DNA from: an uncultured Gammaproteobacteria bacterium | Lineage (GTDB): Bacteria; Patescibacteriota; Microgenomatia; Levybacterales; UBA12049 | DNA: 64,000 bases | NCBI GenBank assembly: GCA_964564035.1 | Contig: CAZLZN010000001.1 | Location: forward strand, 14,845 to 78,844 | Direction: 5' to 3' | In this document: positions 16,843 through 27,142 of the stretch, in pieces | Layout: every line of letters starts with the position of its first letter | How positions within the stretch are numbered: the stretch's first letter is position 1 | Translations under genes and position numbers: made by a program | Notes under the pieces: model-generated | Seen by the model: the letters and a program-made list of their open reading frames with translations, nothing else | Database searches by the model: none | What the model was told of the DNA's origin: nothing

Positions 16843-18288
16843 ATGAATAAATTCTACATAACAAATGCGATCCCCTATGTTAACGCCCGACCCCATATTG
16901 GTCACGCGCTGGAATTTATTCAATCAGATGTTTACGCGCGCTTTCACCGTCTGCTTGGCCGCGATGTAATGCTTTTATGCGGCTCCGACGAAAACTCCCT
17001 CAAGAACGTCCAAGCTTCGGAAAAACTTGACCTCCCCATCCAGGAATTCGTGGATCGTTATAGCAAATACTTTGAAGAATTAGCCGGCAAACTGCATGTT
17101 AAATTTGACGTTTTCCAAAAAGGCTCAAATCCGCTCCACCACAAATCATCGCAAAAATTATGGGAATTATGCCGGGAGAAAGATGATATTTATAAAAAAA
17201 AATATACCGGCCTCTACTGCGTAGGCTGTGAAATGTTTTATACGCGCGATGAGCTAAACGAAAACGGCGAATGCTTTGAGCACCCGGGCACCAAGCTGGA
17301 AGAGATAGAGGAAGAAAACTATTTTTTCAAATTAAGTAAATACCAAAAAGAACTAAAAATATTGATCGAAAACGACACTCTAAAAATCACGCCTCTATAC
17401 CGCAAAAATGAGATACTTGCCTTTATAGATAGCGGCCTCGAAGACATAAGTATTTCCAGATCAAATCAGCGTGCCAAAAACTGGGGCGTATCAGTCCCGG
17501 GTGACAACAGTCAAAAAATGTATGTTTGGTTTGATGCCCTGAATATTTACCAAAGTGGAATCGGGTTTGGAGATGACGACCAAAAATACCGCAAGTGGTG
17601 GCCTGCGGACTTGCACGTGATCGGCAAAGGAATTATACGTTTTCATGCCGTATACTGGCCGGCTTTTCTGATCTCGGCAGGATTGCCTTTGCCGAAACAG
17701 CTTTTTGTCCACGAATATATCACTCTCAATGGACAGAAAATCTCAAAAACTCTCGGCAACATCATTGACCCGAACGACATTATTGATAAGTATGGAAGCG
17801 ATGCTCTCCGATACTATCTCCTGGCCAAAATATCGCCATTTCAGGATGGTGATTTTTCAGACATTAAATTTACACAAGCCTACAATGCGGATCTCGCGAA
17901 TGGTCTGGGCAATCTCATCGCGCGCGTTGCCAAAATCTGCGAAACAATCGAGTATCAGCAAATGGGAACCGCAAGCCGCGCGACCGAACACATTATTCAG
18001 GACAGCGAATATATGAAAACAATTGAAGAATTCAAATTCAATGAAGCTCTAAACTTTATCTGGAAAAAAATATCGGCACTCGATGTATATATAAATCAGG
18101 AAAAGCCTTGGACCTTGATCAAAACCAACAGTCAAAAACTCCAATCGATATTGGCTCACTGCGTAGACCAGATCCAGGAAATTGGACTCCTGCTGGATCC
18201 TTTTATGCCCGAAACATCTGCCAAAATTCTTGAGCAATTCAAAGGCCCCCAAATAAAATCAGACAAATCTCTATTCCCCAGAATTTAA
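16843..18288 (+). CDS. metG: Methionyl-tRNA synthetase, minimal form.
   Basis: HIGH motif (PHIGHAL), Zn knuckle (YCVGCEMFY...ECFEHPG), KISKT (KMSKS-like). Confidence 0.9.
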   Translation: MNKFYITNAIPYVNARPHIGHALEFIQSDVYARFHRLLGRDVMLLCGSDENSLKNVQASEKLDLPIQEFVDRYSKYFEELAGKLHVKFDVFQKGSNPLHHKSSQKLWELCREKDDIYKKKYTGLYCVGCEMFYTRDELNENGECFEHPGTKLEEIEEENYFFKLSKYQKELKILIENDTLKITPLYRKNEILAFIDSGLEDISISRSNQRAKNWGVSVPGDNSQKMYVWFDALNIYQSGIGFGDDDQKYRKWWPADLHVIGKGIIRFHAVYWPAFLISAGLPLPKQLFVHEYITLNGQKISKTLGNIIDPNDIIDKYGSDALRYYLLAKISPFQDGDFSDIKFTQAYNADLANGLGNLIARVAKICETIEYQQMGTASRATEHIIQDSEYMKTIEEFKFNEALNFIWKKISALDVYINQEKPWTLIKTNSQKLQSILAHCVDQIQEIGLLLDPFMPETSAKILEQFKGPQIKSDKSLFPRI

Positions 18289-18316
18289 ACTACATCATAT
18301 TCTAGGTTAGCTAAAA

Positions 18317-18337
18317 CCTAACACCTAAGCCCTAATC
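18317..18337. repeat. Heptamer repeat (CCTAACA CCTAAGC CCTAATC), adjacent to a TAGGTT-agctaa-AACCTA hairpin at 18303-18320.
   Basis: Read directly; lies at the convergent junction of metG and the sortase, overlapping the sortase stop codon. Confidence 0.5.
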
Positions 18338-18955
18338 ACTATGCGTTAACTCCGAAAAAACAACCGTTCTATGCGAATAATTTTCAGTATTTTCATTCCA
18401 TTCACCCCTGCATGTAATTAAATTAAGACGCGGCACATCAGACGCCCCGAATACCTCCTCAATCGGAAAATCATCATAAGGAAAATCTTGAATATTTGTA
18501 ACCAGAAACACAAACTCCTGACCCCTTTCATCCTCGATAACAATCTCATCGCCTTTTTCAAGCTTTGATAAATCCCAAAAAACAGCAGGTGACCCGTCCT
18601 CTCTATCATAATGCCCGGCAAGCACCGCGTTACCTTTGGTACCCGGTTTAAATCCCGGACCAAACCACGATGTATTTCCTGCGTCTTTCGGCACATCCAT
18701 TCTACCCTCACTGTCTACTCCTACGCGCTCAACTTGCGTATCTACATTTATAGTAGGTATGCGGACTTTGACAGGCGTAGAGGGCTCGTTCTCGACAGCC
18801 TGTTTACTAGAACTAATAATAGGACTTATCTCGTTTTTGGTATTAGATTTATCTCTCTGAGATTGTGCCTGTAAAAAATTAAAATTATTTACCAGTGCAA
18901 CACTTATAAATACCAACCCGATTAGTCCTATTATTAAAGCTATTCTCATATACAT
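18332..18955 (-). CDS. Sortase-family transpeptidase.
   Basis: N-terminal TM anchor; His motif VLAGHYDR and Cys motif NLITCRGEW. Confidence 0.8.
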   Translation of the reverse strand: MYMRIALIIGLIGLVFISVALVNNFNFLQAQSQRDKSNTKNEISPIISSSKQAVENEPSTPVKVRIPTINVDTQVERVGVDSEGRMDVPKDAGNTSWFGPGFKPGTKGNAVLAGHYDREDGSPAVFWDLSKLEKGDEIVIEDERGQEFVFLVTNIQDFPYDDFPIEEVFGASDVPRLNLITCRGEWNENTENYSHRTVVFSELTHSD

Positions 18956-18965
18956 GATGCTGCCT

Positions 18966-19145
18966 TTACTGCGCTCTTCCTGTCGCCGGTGCGCTATCCG
19001 GCATGGTTACCGATGGCGAAGTAGCTGGCGATACGGTAGGTGTAGTAGTTGGCCTTTGCGTTGGGCTTTGAGCCAATACTACGGTAGCCGCCGCTAGAAT
19101 TGAAAAAGCTATTACTCCTGTTGATAATGCTGCTCTTCTTATCAT
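18966..19145 (-). CDS. Small secreted protein (59 aa: signal peptide plus a Pro/Thr/Ala/Ser-rich region), immediately upstream of the sortase. It is below the ORF-track size cutoff.
   Basis: Manual translation gives MIRRAALSTGVIAFSILAAATVVLAQSPTQRPTTTPTVSPATSPSVTMPDSAPATGRAQ. A strong SD (GGAGGTG) lies 10 nt upstream of the ATG. Confidence 0.35.
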   Translation of the reverse strand: MIRRAALSTGVIAFSILAAATVVLAQSPTQRPTTTPTVSPATSPSVTMPDSAPATGRAQ

Positions 19146-19257
19146 AATTATTTATCACCTCCTTTATTATTTACTGATCTTCAATGATTAAAATACTAAC
19201 TTCTCAGGGTTTAAATCCAATAAGAATAATTTAATAACTAAGTAAGAAGAGCGAATT

Positions 19258-20748
19258 TCACCACAGCATCACCCAAAACTCCTGCATGACCAAAATTTGC
19301 ATAGCCTGAAAAAATAAGAATACGCAAAATTGGATTCTTGTAAATCTCAGGCTTTTTGTCAAAAAACCGGCTCCGATCAACGCCATAAACGGCATGAATA
19401 CAACCAGTATCCGTCCGCCCTCACCTCTTATCGAACCGGAAAAATTAACAATAATTAGCATCATTAAAAAAGCAATAAAAACAAAATCTAATTTCCTGAT
19501 ATTTTTTAAAAAATTTCTGCCAAAAACATTCAGGCAGAAAAATTTTGTTTCCCGAATGAATTTATAAAAAAATACCATACTCAATGGAATTCCCGCGAAT
19601 ATAAAAAAATCAACCGCGTTATACCAGAGCCACAAACTGTAAGATCTTGAATTAACATGTGTTACTGTCGTCATAATTATTCGCGTCATTTCATAAAAAT
19701 TAAAATTAAAAAACACCAATAATAAAATTGGCAAAAGCAAAAATCCACCCGCAAATACGGAAGAATCAATAAGCAATCTCATCGGCTTCAATTTTAATCC
19801 CAAAAAATTCAGCAAATAAAATATCATGAATAAAACACCGATCGTAAGAAGTGATAAATTAAAAAATACACCAACAAAAAGAGTTAAGCCCGACAAAAAT
19901 AAATAATATTTTTTATTTTCTTTTATACCTTTATAAAAAAACAAAAATGAAGTAATAGAAAAAATCGGCAAAAATGAATCGTTAATTGGAATAAAAAGCA
20001 CGGCGCTTGGGATAAAAATATATATAAAAATTGTTCTCAAAGCGATCTTTACCCCGTATAATGCGCTAGCCGCAAAATATAGAGGAACGACTGTGAAAGA
20101 CGCTAGCATAGGTATAAAAAAAGCAGAAAAAACAGCTCCCGCTTTTTGAGCAGCTTCGAGTGTAACCCAAATAAGCCTTACGTCCGGACGGCTGGGAGAT
20201 AGTTTATCCACATAATCGATAAACGCCGGAAACATCGAAGCGAATAAATTATTAAAATAAAAAAACAATATAGCCCCCGGCGGATGAGACGCCGCGTGAT
20301 AAACAAAGCTAAGAACATTTTCGTTGTATGTGCTTACAAATTCATAAACGTTTTTTATATTCAGTGACGCGGTAAAATACCCGTTCAATTCCGGATTAAT
20401 AATCCTGTGGATCAACACACCTATTCCGGCTCTGCTGAAGTACAAAACTCCCATCTGAAACATATAAGAAATTAGTGCGGCGCAAATTAAAAAAACATAA
20501 ATATGTTTGACGGCAAATTTCTGATGCCGCTCAACAAATAAATACATTCCGAAAATAATAATAGTCACTAAAAGCGGCGCCCATAATTTATTTAATGTAT
20601 TTACAAATAAATAATCCCATTGCCATTCCGGCGGATATGGCGCCGGCCCCCTCAAAAGCGGAAATATATCCCAAGAGACTGATGCAAAAAACCCCGCCGT
20701 CACGACGCTTACCAAAACCAAAAATCTATTTTTAAACCCCTCTGACAT
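19258..20748 (-). CDS. Polytopic integral membrane protein (hypothetical).
   Basis: 496 aa, more than 10 predicted TM segments; no motif assigned. Confidence 0.55.
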   Translation of the reverse strand: MSEGFKNRFLVLVSVVTAGFFASVSWDIFPLLRGPAPYPPEWQWDYLFVNTLNKLWAPLLVTIIIFGMYLFVERHQKFAVKHIYVFLICAALISYMFQMGVLYFSRAGIGVLIHRIINPELNGYFTASLNIKNVYEFVSTYNENVLSFVYHAASHPPGAILFFYFNNLFASMFPAFIDYVDKLSPSRPDVRLIWVTLEAAQKAGAVFSAFFIPMLASFTVVPLYFAASALYGVKIALRTIFIYIFIPSAVLFIPINDSFLPIFSITSFLFFYKGIKENKKYYLFLSGLTLFVGVFFNLSLLTIGVLFMIFYLLNFLGLKLKPMRLLIDSSVFAGGFLLLPILLLVFFNFNFYEMTRIIMTTVTHVNSRSYSLWLWYNAVDFFIFAGIPLSMVFFYKFIRETKFFCLNVFGRNFLKNIRKLDFVFIAFLMMLIIVNFSGSIRGEGGRILVVFMPFMALIGAGFLTKSLRFTRIQFCVFLFFQAMQILVMQEFWVMLW

Positions 20749-20787
20749 TTAAAACAATTATACAAATATTATTGCTATAATGTAATC

Positions 20788-21615
20788 ATGATCGATGCCC
20801 ATTGTCATTTGAATTTCAGTGCTTTCGAAAAAGATTTTGATGAAGTAATCAAAAACGCACAAAAAGAAGGCGTACATACTATTATTAATGCAGGAACGCA
20901 AATAAGCTCTTCGAAATGGGCCGTCGAACTGGCCGGCAAATTCCCGAACCTCTATGCTGTTATCGCAGTGCATCCTCATCACGCTGACAAACTTGATTCA
21001 AATGACAACACAAAATGGAGCGAAGAACTTGAAGCTTTAGGCAAACACCCCAAAGTAGTTGGAATAGGCGAATTTGGACTGGACTATTACAATTACAAAT
21101 CAAACGGAATTGTTGACCCCGAGCTCCAAAAAAAAGTATTTTTAACTCAACTGGAAATAGCACATGCTTTGAAACTGCCGCTCCAGATCCACACCAGAGA
21201 CGACCGGGCACGTACAGAACTTGTTAAATTACTGAAAAATAATAAAAGCCTGCTTCTAGATCCGCCCGGGATGTTCCATTGCTTTGCCGGCAGTATGGAA
21301 TCAATGAATTCGGTTTTAGATCTTGGATTTTATTTGGGCTTTGATGGAAATATCACATACGGCGGTACGCCGCCGGGTGAACCGCTGCCTCTTGCGGATT
21401 TAGTAAAATCTGCTCCTCTTGAGCGGATCATGATCGAAACGGACAGCCCGTATCTGACGCCCATGCCGTTGCGCGGCAGGAGAAATGAGCCGAAATATGC
21501 TATAATTACTGGCAAGTTCATCTCAAAAATCAAAAATATTTCATTCGAAGAAGTGGAACACCAGACAGAACAAAACGTATATACCGTTTTCAAAAAAATA
21601 TCCCGGTCAATATGA
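20788..21615 (+). CDS. tatD: TatD-family metal-dependent DNase/hydrolase.
   Basis: MIDAHCHLNF... and the conserved TatD His/Asp/Glu pattern. Confidence 0.9.
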   Translation: MIDAHCHLNFSAFEKDFDEVIKNAQKEGVHTIINAGTQISSSKWAVELAGKFPNLYAVIAVHPHHADKLDSNDNTKWSEELEALGKHPKVVGIGEFGLDYYNYKSNGIVDPELQKKVFLTQLEIAHALKLPLQIHTRDDRARTELVKLLKNNKSLLLDPPGMFHCFAGSMESMNSVLDLGFYLGFDGNITYGGTPPGEPLPLADLVKSAPLERIMIETDSPYLTPMPLRGRRNEPKYAIITGKFISKIKNISFEEVEHQTEQNVYTVFKKISRSI

Positions 21616-23105
21616 CAGACTTTTTTTCCAAAATATTCGCGCGCTATCCCGTCAAATCCCGCAGGATTTTAGAAATTTTCCCGGGATTTGTAGTCTGGAC
21701 ATTGATCACTCTTCCGGTTTGGGGATCTTTCCTGATACCTACAGTTGTCGCGTATTTCATTTTGTTTTTTGATATATTTTTCTTCTACAAATCTTTTGCC
21801 CTGGCCGTTACATCAACAATCGCATCAAAAAAAATCAGAGAGACTGAAAAAAAAGACTGGTATGAAATTGCCAAAAAGCTACCCAATTACAGACCTGTCG
21901 ATCACGTGCTTGTTATTACAAATTACCAGGAAAAAACAGAAAAGCTCCGTCTCACACTTGAAGCATTAGCAAATCAATCCTACCCGTCATCAAATCTGCA
22001 CGTCGTACTTGCTATGGAAGAGCGTGAAAAAGAAGCAAAAGAAAGAGCGCGAATTCTCATCAAAGAATTCAAACATGTCTTCGGAAATATTTTTGCCACA
22101 TTCCACCCGGATTTGCCGAATGAAGTAAAAGGGAAATCTTCCAATGAATCATACGCCGGCAAAGAGGCTTACAAAATTTTATTTGAAAAAGGCAAATTAA
22201 ATATAGATTTCGCGACAGCATCCTCAGTAGACGCTGACAGTATTTTCCACAAAGAATTCTTCGCTCATCTTACATACAAATTCCTTACCGATCCGGCCCC
22301 GTACAACAAATTCTGGCAATCCGCGACAGTTTACCACAACAATATCTGGAAAGTTCCGGCTCCGACCAGAATTATTTCATTTTTCGGCAGTCTTTGGAGA
22401 ACAGGCCTCCTGGTCCAGGGAGACAGGCTTATTACAAACGCCACATATACTCTGTCATTCAAAATGCTCAAAAAAATCGGCTTCTGGGATGTCGATGTGA
22501 TACCCGAAGACTATAGAGTTTTCTTCAAAGCCTTTTATGCTCTAAAAGGTCAAGTGTGGGTAGAACCGGTATTTTTAAAAACATCGATGGACGCGCCCCA
22601 TTCAATCGGCTATGTTAATAGCCTCAAAAACAAATACAATCAGGAACGCAGATGGGCATGGGGTGTGTCAGATGATCCGCTGTTTATTGAATGGTGGCTC
22701 ACTGTTCCGGGAGTTCCTTTCTTCCGCAAAACTTTCCTGCTATACCACGTACTGCTTGATCATATCCTATGGCCTACAAATTGGTTTATTGTTACAATTG
22801 CCGCCAACGTCATGGCCGTTCTGAATCCGGTTTATTCCCGCACCTCTCTTGGATACTATCTTCCGCAACTTGCAGGCATACTTTTAAACACCTGTCTAAT
22901 TGCTTTAATTGTGATGATGTATATAGACTACAAAAACCGCCCGGATCATGCCCGCATGTCTCTCAAAAGAAAACTGCTTTTCCCGTTCGAATTTATTTTA
23001 ATGCCTCTGGTTGGTTTTTTCTTGTCTTCATTGCCGGCGCTCATTTCCCATACACAGCTGATGCTCGGCAAAAGAATGGAATACAAAGTAACGGAAAAAA
23101 TCTGA
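21612..23105 (+). CDS. Membrane-embedded GT-A (family 2-like) glycosyltransferase.
   Basis: N-terminal TM helices, then HVLVITNYQE... in a GT2-like layout, with C-terminal TM helices. Confidence 0.5.
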   Translation: MTDFFSKIFARYPVKSRRILEIFPGFVVWTLITLPVWGSFLIPTVVAYFILFFDIFFFYKSFALAVTSTIASKKIRETEKKDWYEIAKKLPNYRPVDHVLVITNYQEKTEKLRLTLEALANQSYPSSNLHVVLAMEEREKEAKERARILIKEFKHVFGNIFATFHPDLPNEVKGKSSNESYAGKEAYKILFEKGKLNIDFATASSVDADSIFHKEFFAHLTYKFLTDPAPYNKFWQSATVYHNNIWKVPAPTRIISFFGSLWRTGLLVQGDRLITNATYTLSFKMLKKIGFWDVDVIPEDYRVFFKAFYALKGQVWVEPVFLKTSMDAPHSIGYVNSLKNKYNQERRWAWGVSDDPLFIEWWLTVPGVPFFRKTFLLYHVLLDHILWPTNWFIVTIAANVMAVLNPVYSRTSLGYYLPQLAGILLNTCLIALIVMMYIDYKNRPDHARMSLKRKLLFPFEFILMPLVGFFLSSLPALISHTQLMLGKRMEYKVTEKI

Positions 23106-23384
23106 TTATTTTTTGTGGCGCTTAGTAAATTCTTTATATATTTCTTCAATACTTATTCCCAAAGTCGAAAGCATAACTAGGCTATGGAACCATAGATCAG
23201 CGGTTTCCGAAATTACCTCTTTTTTGTTTTTATTTTTTGCGGCAATAACCGCCTCAACCGCCTCTTCGCCTACTTTTTGAATGATCCTGTCATCTCCGGA
23301 CTTAAAAAGCTCCGCGACATAAGAATTTTTAGGCATTCTCTTTTTTCTGTCCTCGATTATTTTATAAACTTCATCAATGTTCAT
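23106..23384 (-). CDS. hisE: Phosphoribosyl-ATP pyrophosphohydrolase.
   Basis: 92 aa; ...SYVAELF...GxxxIxxKVGEEAxE... HisE (MazG-like) pattern. Confidence 0.85.
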   Translation of the reverse strand: MNIDEVYKIIEDRKKRMPKNSYVAELFKSGDDRIIQKVGEEAVEAVIAAKNKNKKEVISETADLWFHSLVMLSTLGISIEEIYKEFTKRHKK

Positions 23385-23401
23385 GATTTTGTTTAATACT
23401 A

Positions 23402-23746
23402 TTATATAACTGTTTTTTTGTCCGTTTTTACTTTGCTAAAAAAACAGCTTAGACTGCCGGTATGACACACATTTTTACCTATCAGTGTAACTTTTATCAA
23501 AAGCGTATCCAAATCGCAATCCCTTAATATTTGATTAACCTTCAGCATATTTCCCGACTCCTCCCCTTTCATCCATAATTTCTTACGTTTTCTGCTCCAA
23601 AAATGCACATATCCTGATTCCATAGTTTTGGTCAGCGCTCTATCATTCATATATCCAAGCATATATACCTGATTTGATTCAGAGTCTTGAATTATTGCCG
23701 GCACCAGCCCGCTATTTTTCTCAAAATTTATTAATTTATGTTCCAT
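23402..23746 (-). CDS. hisI: Phosphoribosyl-AMP cyclohydrolase.
   Basis: 114 aa; ...GLVPAIIQD...YMNDRALTKT...HFWSRKR...KGEESG...DCD HisI motifs. Confidence 0.85.
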   Translation of the reverse strand: MEHKLINFEKNSGLVPAIIQDSESNQVYMLGYMNDRALTKTMESGYVHFWSRKRKKLWMKGEESGNMLKVNQILRDCDLDTLLIKVTLIGKNVCHTGSLSCFFSKVKTDKKTVI

Positions 23747-23807
23747 AATTCATATTTGTAATTTATAATTTGCATAAAAATTTAAAATTATAAATTGAAA
23801 ATTGCCA

Positions 23808-24563
23808 TTAAATCCTCATCTCTATTTTATTCTTTCTTAGATTATTCTTTACTTCTTTAATCCTAAGCTCTCCAAAATGAAAAAGTGATGCCGCTAGAGC
23901 GGCGTCCGCTTTGCCTGTTGTAAAAACATCCCGAAAATCCGAAAGACTCCCCGCACCACCTGACGCAATTACCGGCACATTCACACGGGATGAAACACTG
24001 GCAGTCAAGCCCAGGTCAAAACCTATTTTTGTACCGTCCCGATCCATACTTGTCAAAAGTATCTCTCCGGCGCCTAGTTTGACAGCATCCCGCGCCCATT
24101 TAACCGCGTCTTTTCCGGCAGAGATACGTCCGCCGTTTACAAACACATCCCACCCGGATCCGGCTTTTTTAGCATCAATCGCGAGTACAACACATTGATT
24201 TCCGAAAATATTTGCCAATTCCGATATGATCCTTGGATTTTTGACAGCAGCCGAATTCACCGCTATCTTATCCGCGCCGTTTTTCAATATACTTCTCGCG
24301 TCATTGACATTGTTTATCCCCCCTCCGACAGTAAACGGGATAAATATTTTTGCCGCAATTTGCTTTACAATATCCAGCATAATATCCCGCCGCTCATGTG
24401 TCGCGGTTATATCCAAAAAAGTAAGCTCATCTGCTCCTTCATTATTATATATCTCGGCAAGCCGCACAGGATCTCCCGCGTCTTTTATATTTACGAAATT
24501 AACCCCTTTGACAACCCTTCCGTCTTTTATATCCAGACATGAAATTATTCTTTTAGCTATCAT
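23808..24563 (-). CDS. hisF: Imidazole glycerol phosphate synthase, cyclase subunit.
   Basis: [20 protein letters not shown]...; ATG at 24563, 2 nt after the hisA stop. Confidence 0.9.
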   Translation of the reverse strand: MIAKRIISCLDIKDGRVVKGVNFVNIKDAGDPVRLAEIYNNEGADELTFLDITATHERRDIMLDIVKQIAAKIFIPFTVGGGINNVNDARSILKNGADKIAVNSAAVKNPRIISELANIFGNQCVVLAIDAKKAGSGWDVFVNGGRISAGKDAVKWARDAVKLGAGEILLTSMDRDGTKIGFDLGLTASVSSRVNVPVIASGGAGSLSDFRDVFTTGKADAALAASLFHFGELRIKEVKNNLRKNKIEMRI

Positions 24564-24565
24564 AA

Positions 24566-25273
24566 TCAACTTCTTATCATCTCTTTAATTGAAATCTTAT
24601 TTTCATACAAAGCCTTACCGACTATTACGCCTTCGACTCCTATTGCATCTAACTTTTTTATAGCACTTATACTAGATATTCCGCCCGCTGCAATAATAGG
24701 CACATTTAAATTATCAATAAGTTTTTTAACCTCTTTATAATTCGGAACAGTCAGTGTGCCATCCCTCGTTACATCTGTATAAATAAAACGCATAACGCCG
24801 CTTTCCTCAAGCTCCCGCGCTTTCTTTAACGCGCCGGTATCTGCCTCTTCCTGCCATCCTTTAATAGCTAATTTTCCGTTTTTCGCATCAATCGATACTA
24901 TTATATTGTCCCGATATTTAATTAAAAGTTTTTCAAAAATCGGCTTTTCTATAACCGCCATAGTGCCGATAATTATTCTTTCTATTCCAATTGCGATCAG
25001 CTTATCGGCTGTCTGAATATTATTGATACCGCCCCCGACTTGAATCGGAATTTTGACGGCGTTACGAATTTTTTTAATAACGTCAAAATTTTTAAGAGTG
25101 CTTTTTTCCGCTCCGTCTAAATCAACGATGTGTAAATATTTTGCGCCTTCACTTTCCCATCGCAGGGCAAACTCAACCGGATCATCGCTATACACTTTTA
25201 CATCACTAAATCTACCCTGCGTAAGCCGCACGCATTTACCGTTTTGGATATCTATTGCCGGAAAAATTATCAC
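24566..25273 (-). CDS. hisA: ProFAR isomerase.
   Basis: [17 protein letters not shown]...; 4-nt overlap with hisH. Confidence 0.9.
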   Translation of the reverse strand: MIIFPAIDIQNGKCVRLTQGRFSDVKVYSDDPVEFALRWESEGAKYLHIVDLDGAEKSTLKNFDVIKKIRNAVKIPIQVGGGINNIQTADKLIAIGIERIIIGTMAVIEKPIFEKLLIKYRDNIIVSIDAKNGKLAIKGWQEEADTGALKKARELEESGVMRFIYTDVTRDGTLTVPNYKEVKKLIDNLNVPIIAAGGISSISAIKKLDAIGVEGVIVGKALYENKISIKEMIRS

Positions 25274-25908
25274 AATAAATTCTCCTTTCGCTCGACTGCT
25301 ATATCATAAAAATTATTCAACAATTTTAAACCCGTTTCTCCACTTTTTTCAGGATGAAACTGTACTCCATATATATTTTCATACGCGAAGGCACTGCAGA
25401 ATTTTTTCCCATATCTCGTAACTCCGGCAACAACTGCATCGTCAGCCGGCGCGCAGTAATAACTATTCACAAAATAAAAGTGACTATTATTCTCTATATT
25501 TTTAAATAAATTCTGAATTCTGAATTCTGAATTCTGAATTCCGACTTTATTCCATCCAATTTGCGGCACTTTAAATTTTGTTCTAAATTTCTTTACGTTT
25601 CCCTTTATCAAATCCAGACATTCGGTTTCTCCCTCTTCGCTAAATGACATCATAATCTGCATTCCAAGACAGATACCGAGAATTGGAGTTCCGCTCATCA
25701 CTTTCTCGATTATGACTTGGTCCATACCCGTAGACTTCAAATTTTTCATACCGGTACCCGCTGACCCTACGCCGGGCAATATCAGCGCTTCAGACTTTTG
25801 TAATTCTGAAATGCTGTCTGCAATCAAATAAGGTATCCTCAATTTTTTCAGCGCGTTTGCAACACTGGCCAAATTCCCAAGTCCGTAATCAATTATTGTT
25901 AATTTCAT
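25270..25908 (-). CDS. hisH: Imidazole glycerol phosphate synthase, glutaminase subunit.
   Basis: GxGNLxS, GVG and HPEKS motifs. It carries a 28-nt heptamer array in a loop (see the repeat at 25511-25538). Confidence 0.9.
   Translation of the reverse strand: MKLTIIDYGLGNLASVANALKKLRIPYLIADSISELQKSEALILPGVGSAGTGMKNLKSTGMDQVIIEKVMSGTPILGICLGMQIMMSFSEEGETECLDLIKGNVKKFRTKFKVPQIGWNKVGIQNSEFRIQNLFKNIENNSHFYFVNSYYCAPADDAVVAGVTRYGKKFCSAFAYENIYGVQFHPEKSGETGLKLLNNFYDIAVERKENLL
25511..25538. repeat. Intragenic heptamer tandem array (TTCTGAA)x4 inside hisH; it encodes ...IQNSEFRIQN....
   Basis: Four perfect 7-nt units, read directly. They lie in a loop that is about 4 aa longer than in E. coli HisH, by memory alignment. 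Confidence 0.8.
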
Positions 25909-25913
25909 ATAAT

Positions 25914-26789
25914 TTAAATTATCATTTTTTCAATTGGCAACACTATTATCCCTGTCGCGCCGTACTTCTTTAACTTCTCGATCGTTTCCCAAAAAAACTC
26001 TTCTTTGACAACAGTTTGCACAGAAACCCAATCCCGATCGGCAAGCGTTGAAATAGTCGGAGACCTAAGGCCCGGCACTACTCTTTTTATTTTATCTATA
26101 GCATTTTTGGGCACATTCATCATGATATATTTATAATCCCGCGCGCTCAAAACAGCATTAAAACGCATCAATAACCCGTCAAGAATTTTTTTCCTGCCGT
26201 TTACAAAAGAATCTTTATTCGCGATCAAAACCGCCTCGGAATCGTAAACTTTCTCCAATATCCTCAGGTCATTAAGCGCCAAAGTGCTCCCCGTAGAAAC
26301 CAGATCAACAATTGCGTCGGCGATTCCCAGGGCAGGAGTAATCTCCAGAGAACCGCTTATCGCAACTATCTCCACGTCAATTTTATTTTTCTTAAAAAAA
26401 CTTTTTGCGGACACAGGATATGATGTCGCGATTCTTTTCTTATCCAAATCGATAATGCTTTTGTACTTGGACTCTTTCGGAACAGCGGCATACAGTGAGC
26501 AATAACCATAATTTAAATTAAAGATCTTTCTTACATCCGGCCGCTCTTCATTCAAAATGTTTTGTCCGACAATTCCCAGATCAACGGTTCCGGTCGCGAC
26601 ATAATTCGGAATATCATCGTCTCTGACATACAATATTTCAAGCGGAAAATTCCTGCACTTCGAAAATAATTTTTGCTTATAGCTTGTAAATTCGAGCCCT
26701 GATCTTCGCAAAAATTCAAGAGTCTCCTCCGTCAGTCTGCCGCTTTTTTGCACAGCTAATTTTAAATTTTTATTGTTTAAATTTGCCAT
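25914..26789 (-). CDS. hisG: ATP phosphoribosyltransferase, long form.
   Basis: MANLNNKNLKLAVQKSGRL... The ATG at 26789 sits directly after the T-box terminator U-tract. Confidence 0.9.
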   Translation of the reverse strand: MANLNNKNLKLAVQKSGRLTEETLEFLRRSGLEFTSYKQKLFSKCRNFPLEILYVRDDDIPNYVATGTVDLGIVGQNILNEERPDVRKIFNLNYGYCSLYAAVPKESKYKSIIDLDKKRIATSYPVSAKSFFKKNKIDVEIVAISGSLEITPALGIADAIVDLVSTGSTLALNDLRILEKVYDSEAVLIANKDSFVNGRKKILDGLLMRFNAVLSARDYKYIMMNVPKNAIDKIKRVVPGLRSPTISTLADRDWVSVQTVVKEEFFWETIEKLKKYGATGIIVLPIEKMII

Positions 26790-26995
26790 AAAAAAACTCC
26801 CGTCCTTTACAACCAATATCTTTGGTTATAAGGAACGAGAGGTCAAACATTTCTCCCGCGGTCCCATCCTCATTCCCCGATTCCTGTATCTATATCGGGG
26901 CGCTCTATACCGACTCCGCATCTTGTGCGACATCGTCTACCCAATTTTACGGCTGGATTTCCGTGGAGTATTTCGCTCCCAACGCTCTCTTTATT
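26790..26995 (-). promoter_or_regulatory. T-box riboswitch leader of the his operon, probable tRNA-His specifier.
   Basis: On the minus strand: AAGAGAGCG... stem I start; GAGGATGGGACCGCGGGAG matches the T-box sequence AGGGUGGNACCGCG; a CAC is present in the candidate specifier region. A terminator hairpin (CTCGTTCCTT...AAGGACGGGAG) plus U7 directly abuts the hisG ATG. Confidence 0.55.
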
Positions 26996-27142
26996 TTTAA
27001 TGAATAGAATTCCGGATCGTGACTCCGGTCAGACGTTTTATAATAAAATTATTATATAAATATAATGCATGCGTGTCAATTGCGAACTCATTTGCTTTCA
27101 GCTATTTCAAAAACTATAATAAATCAAACGATCTTAGCAATG

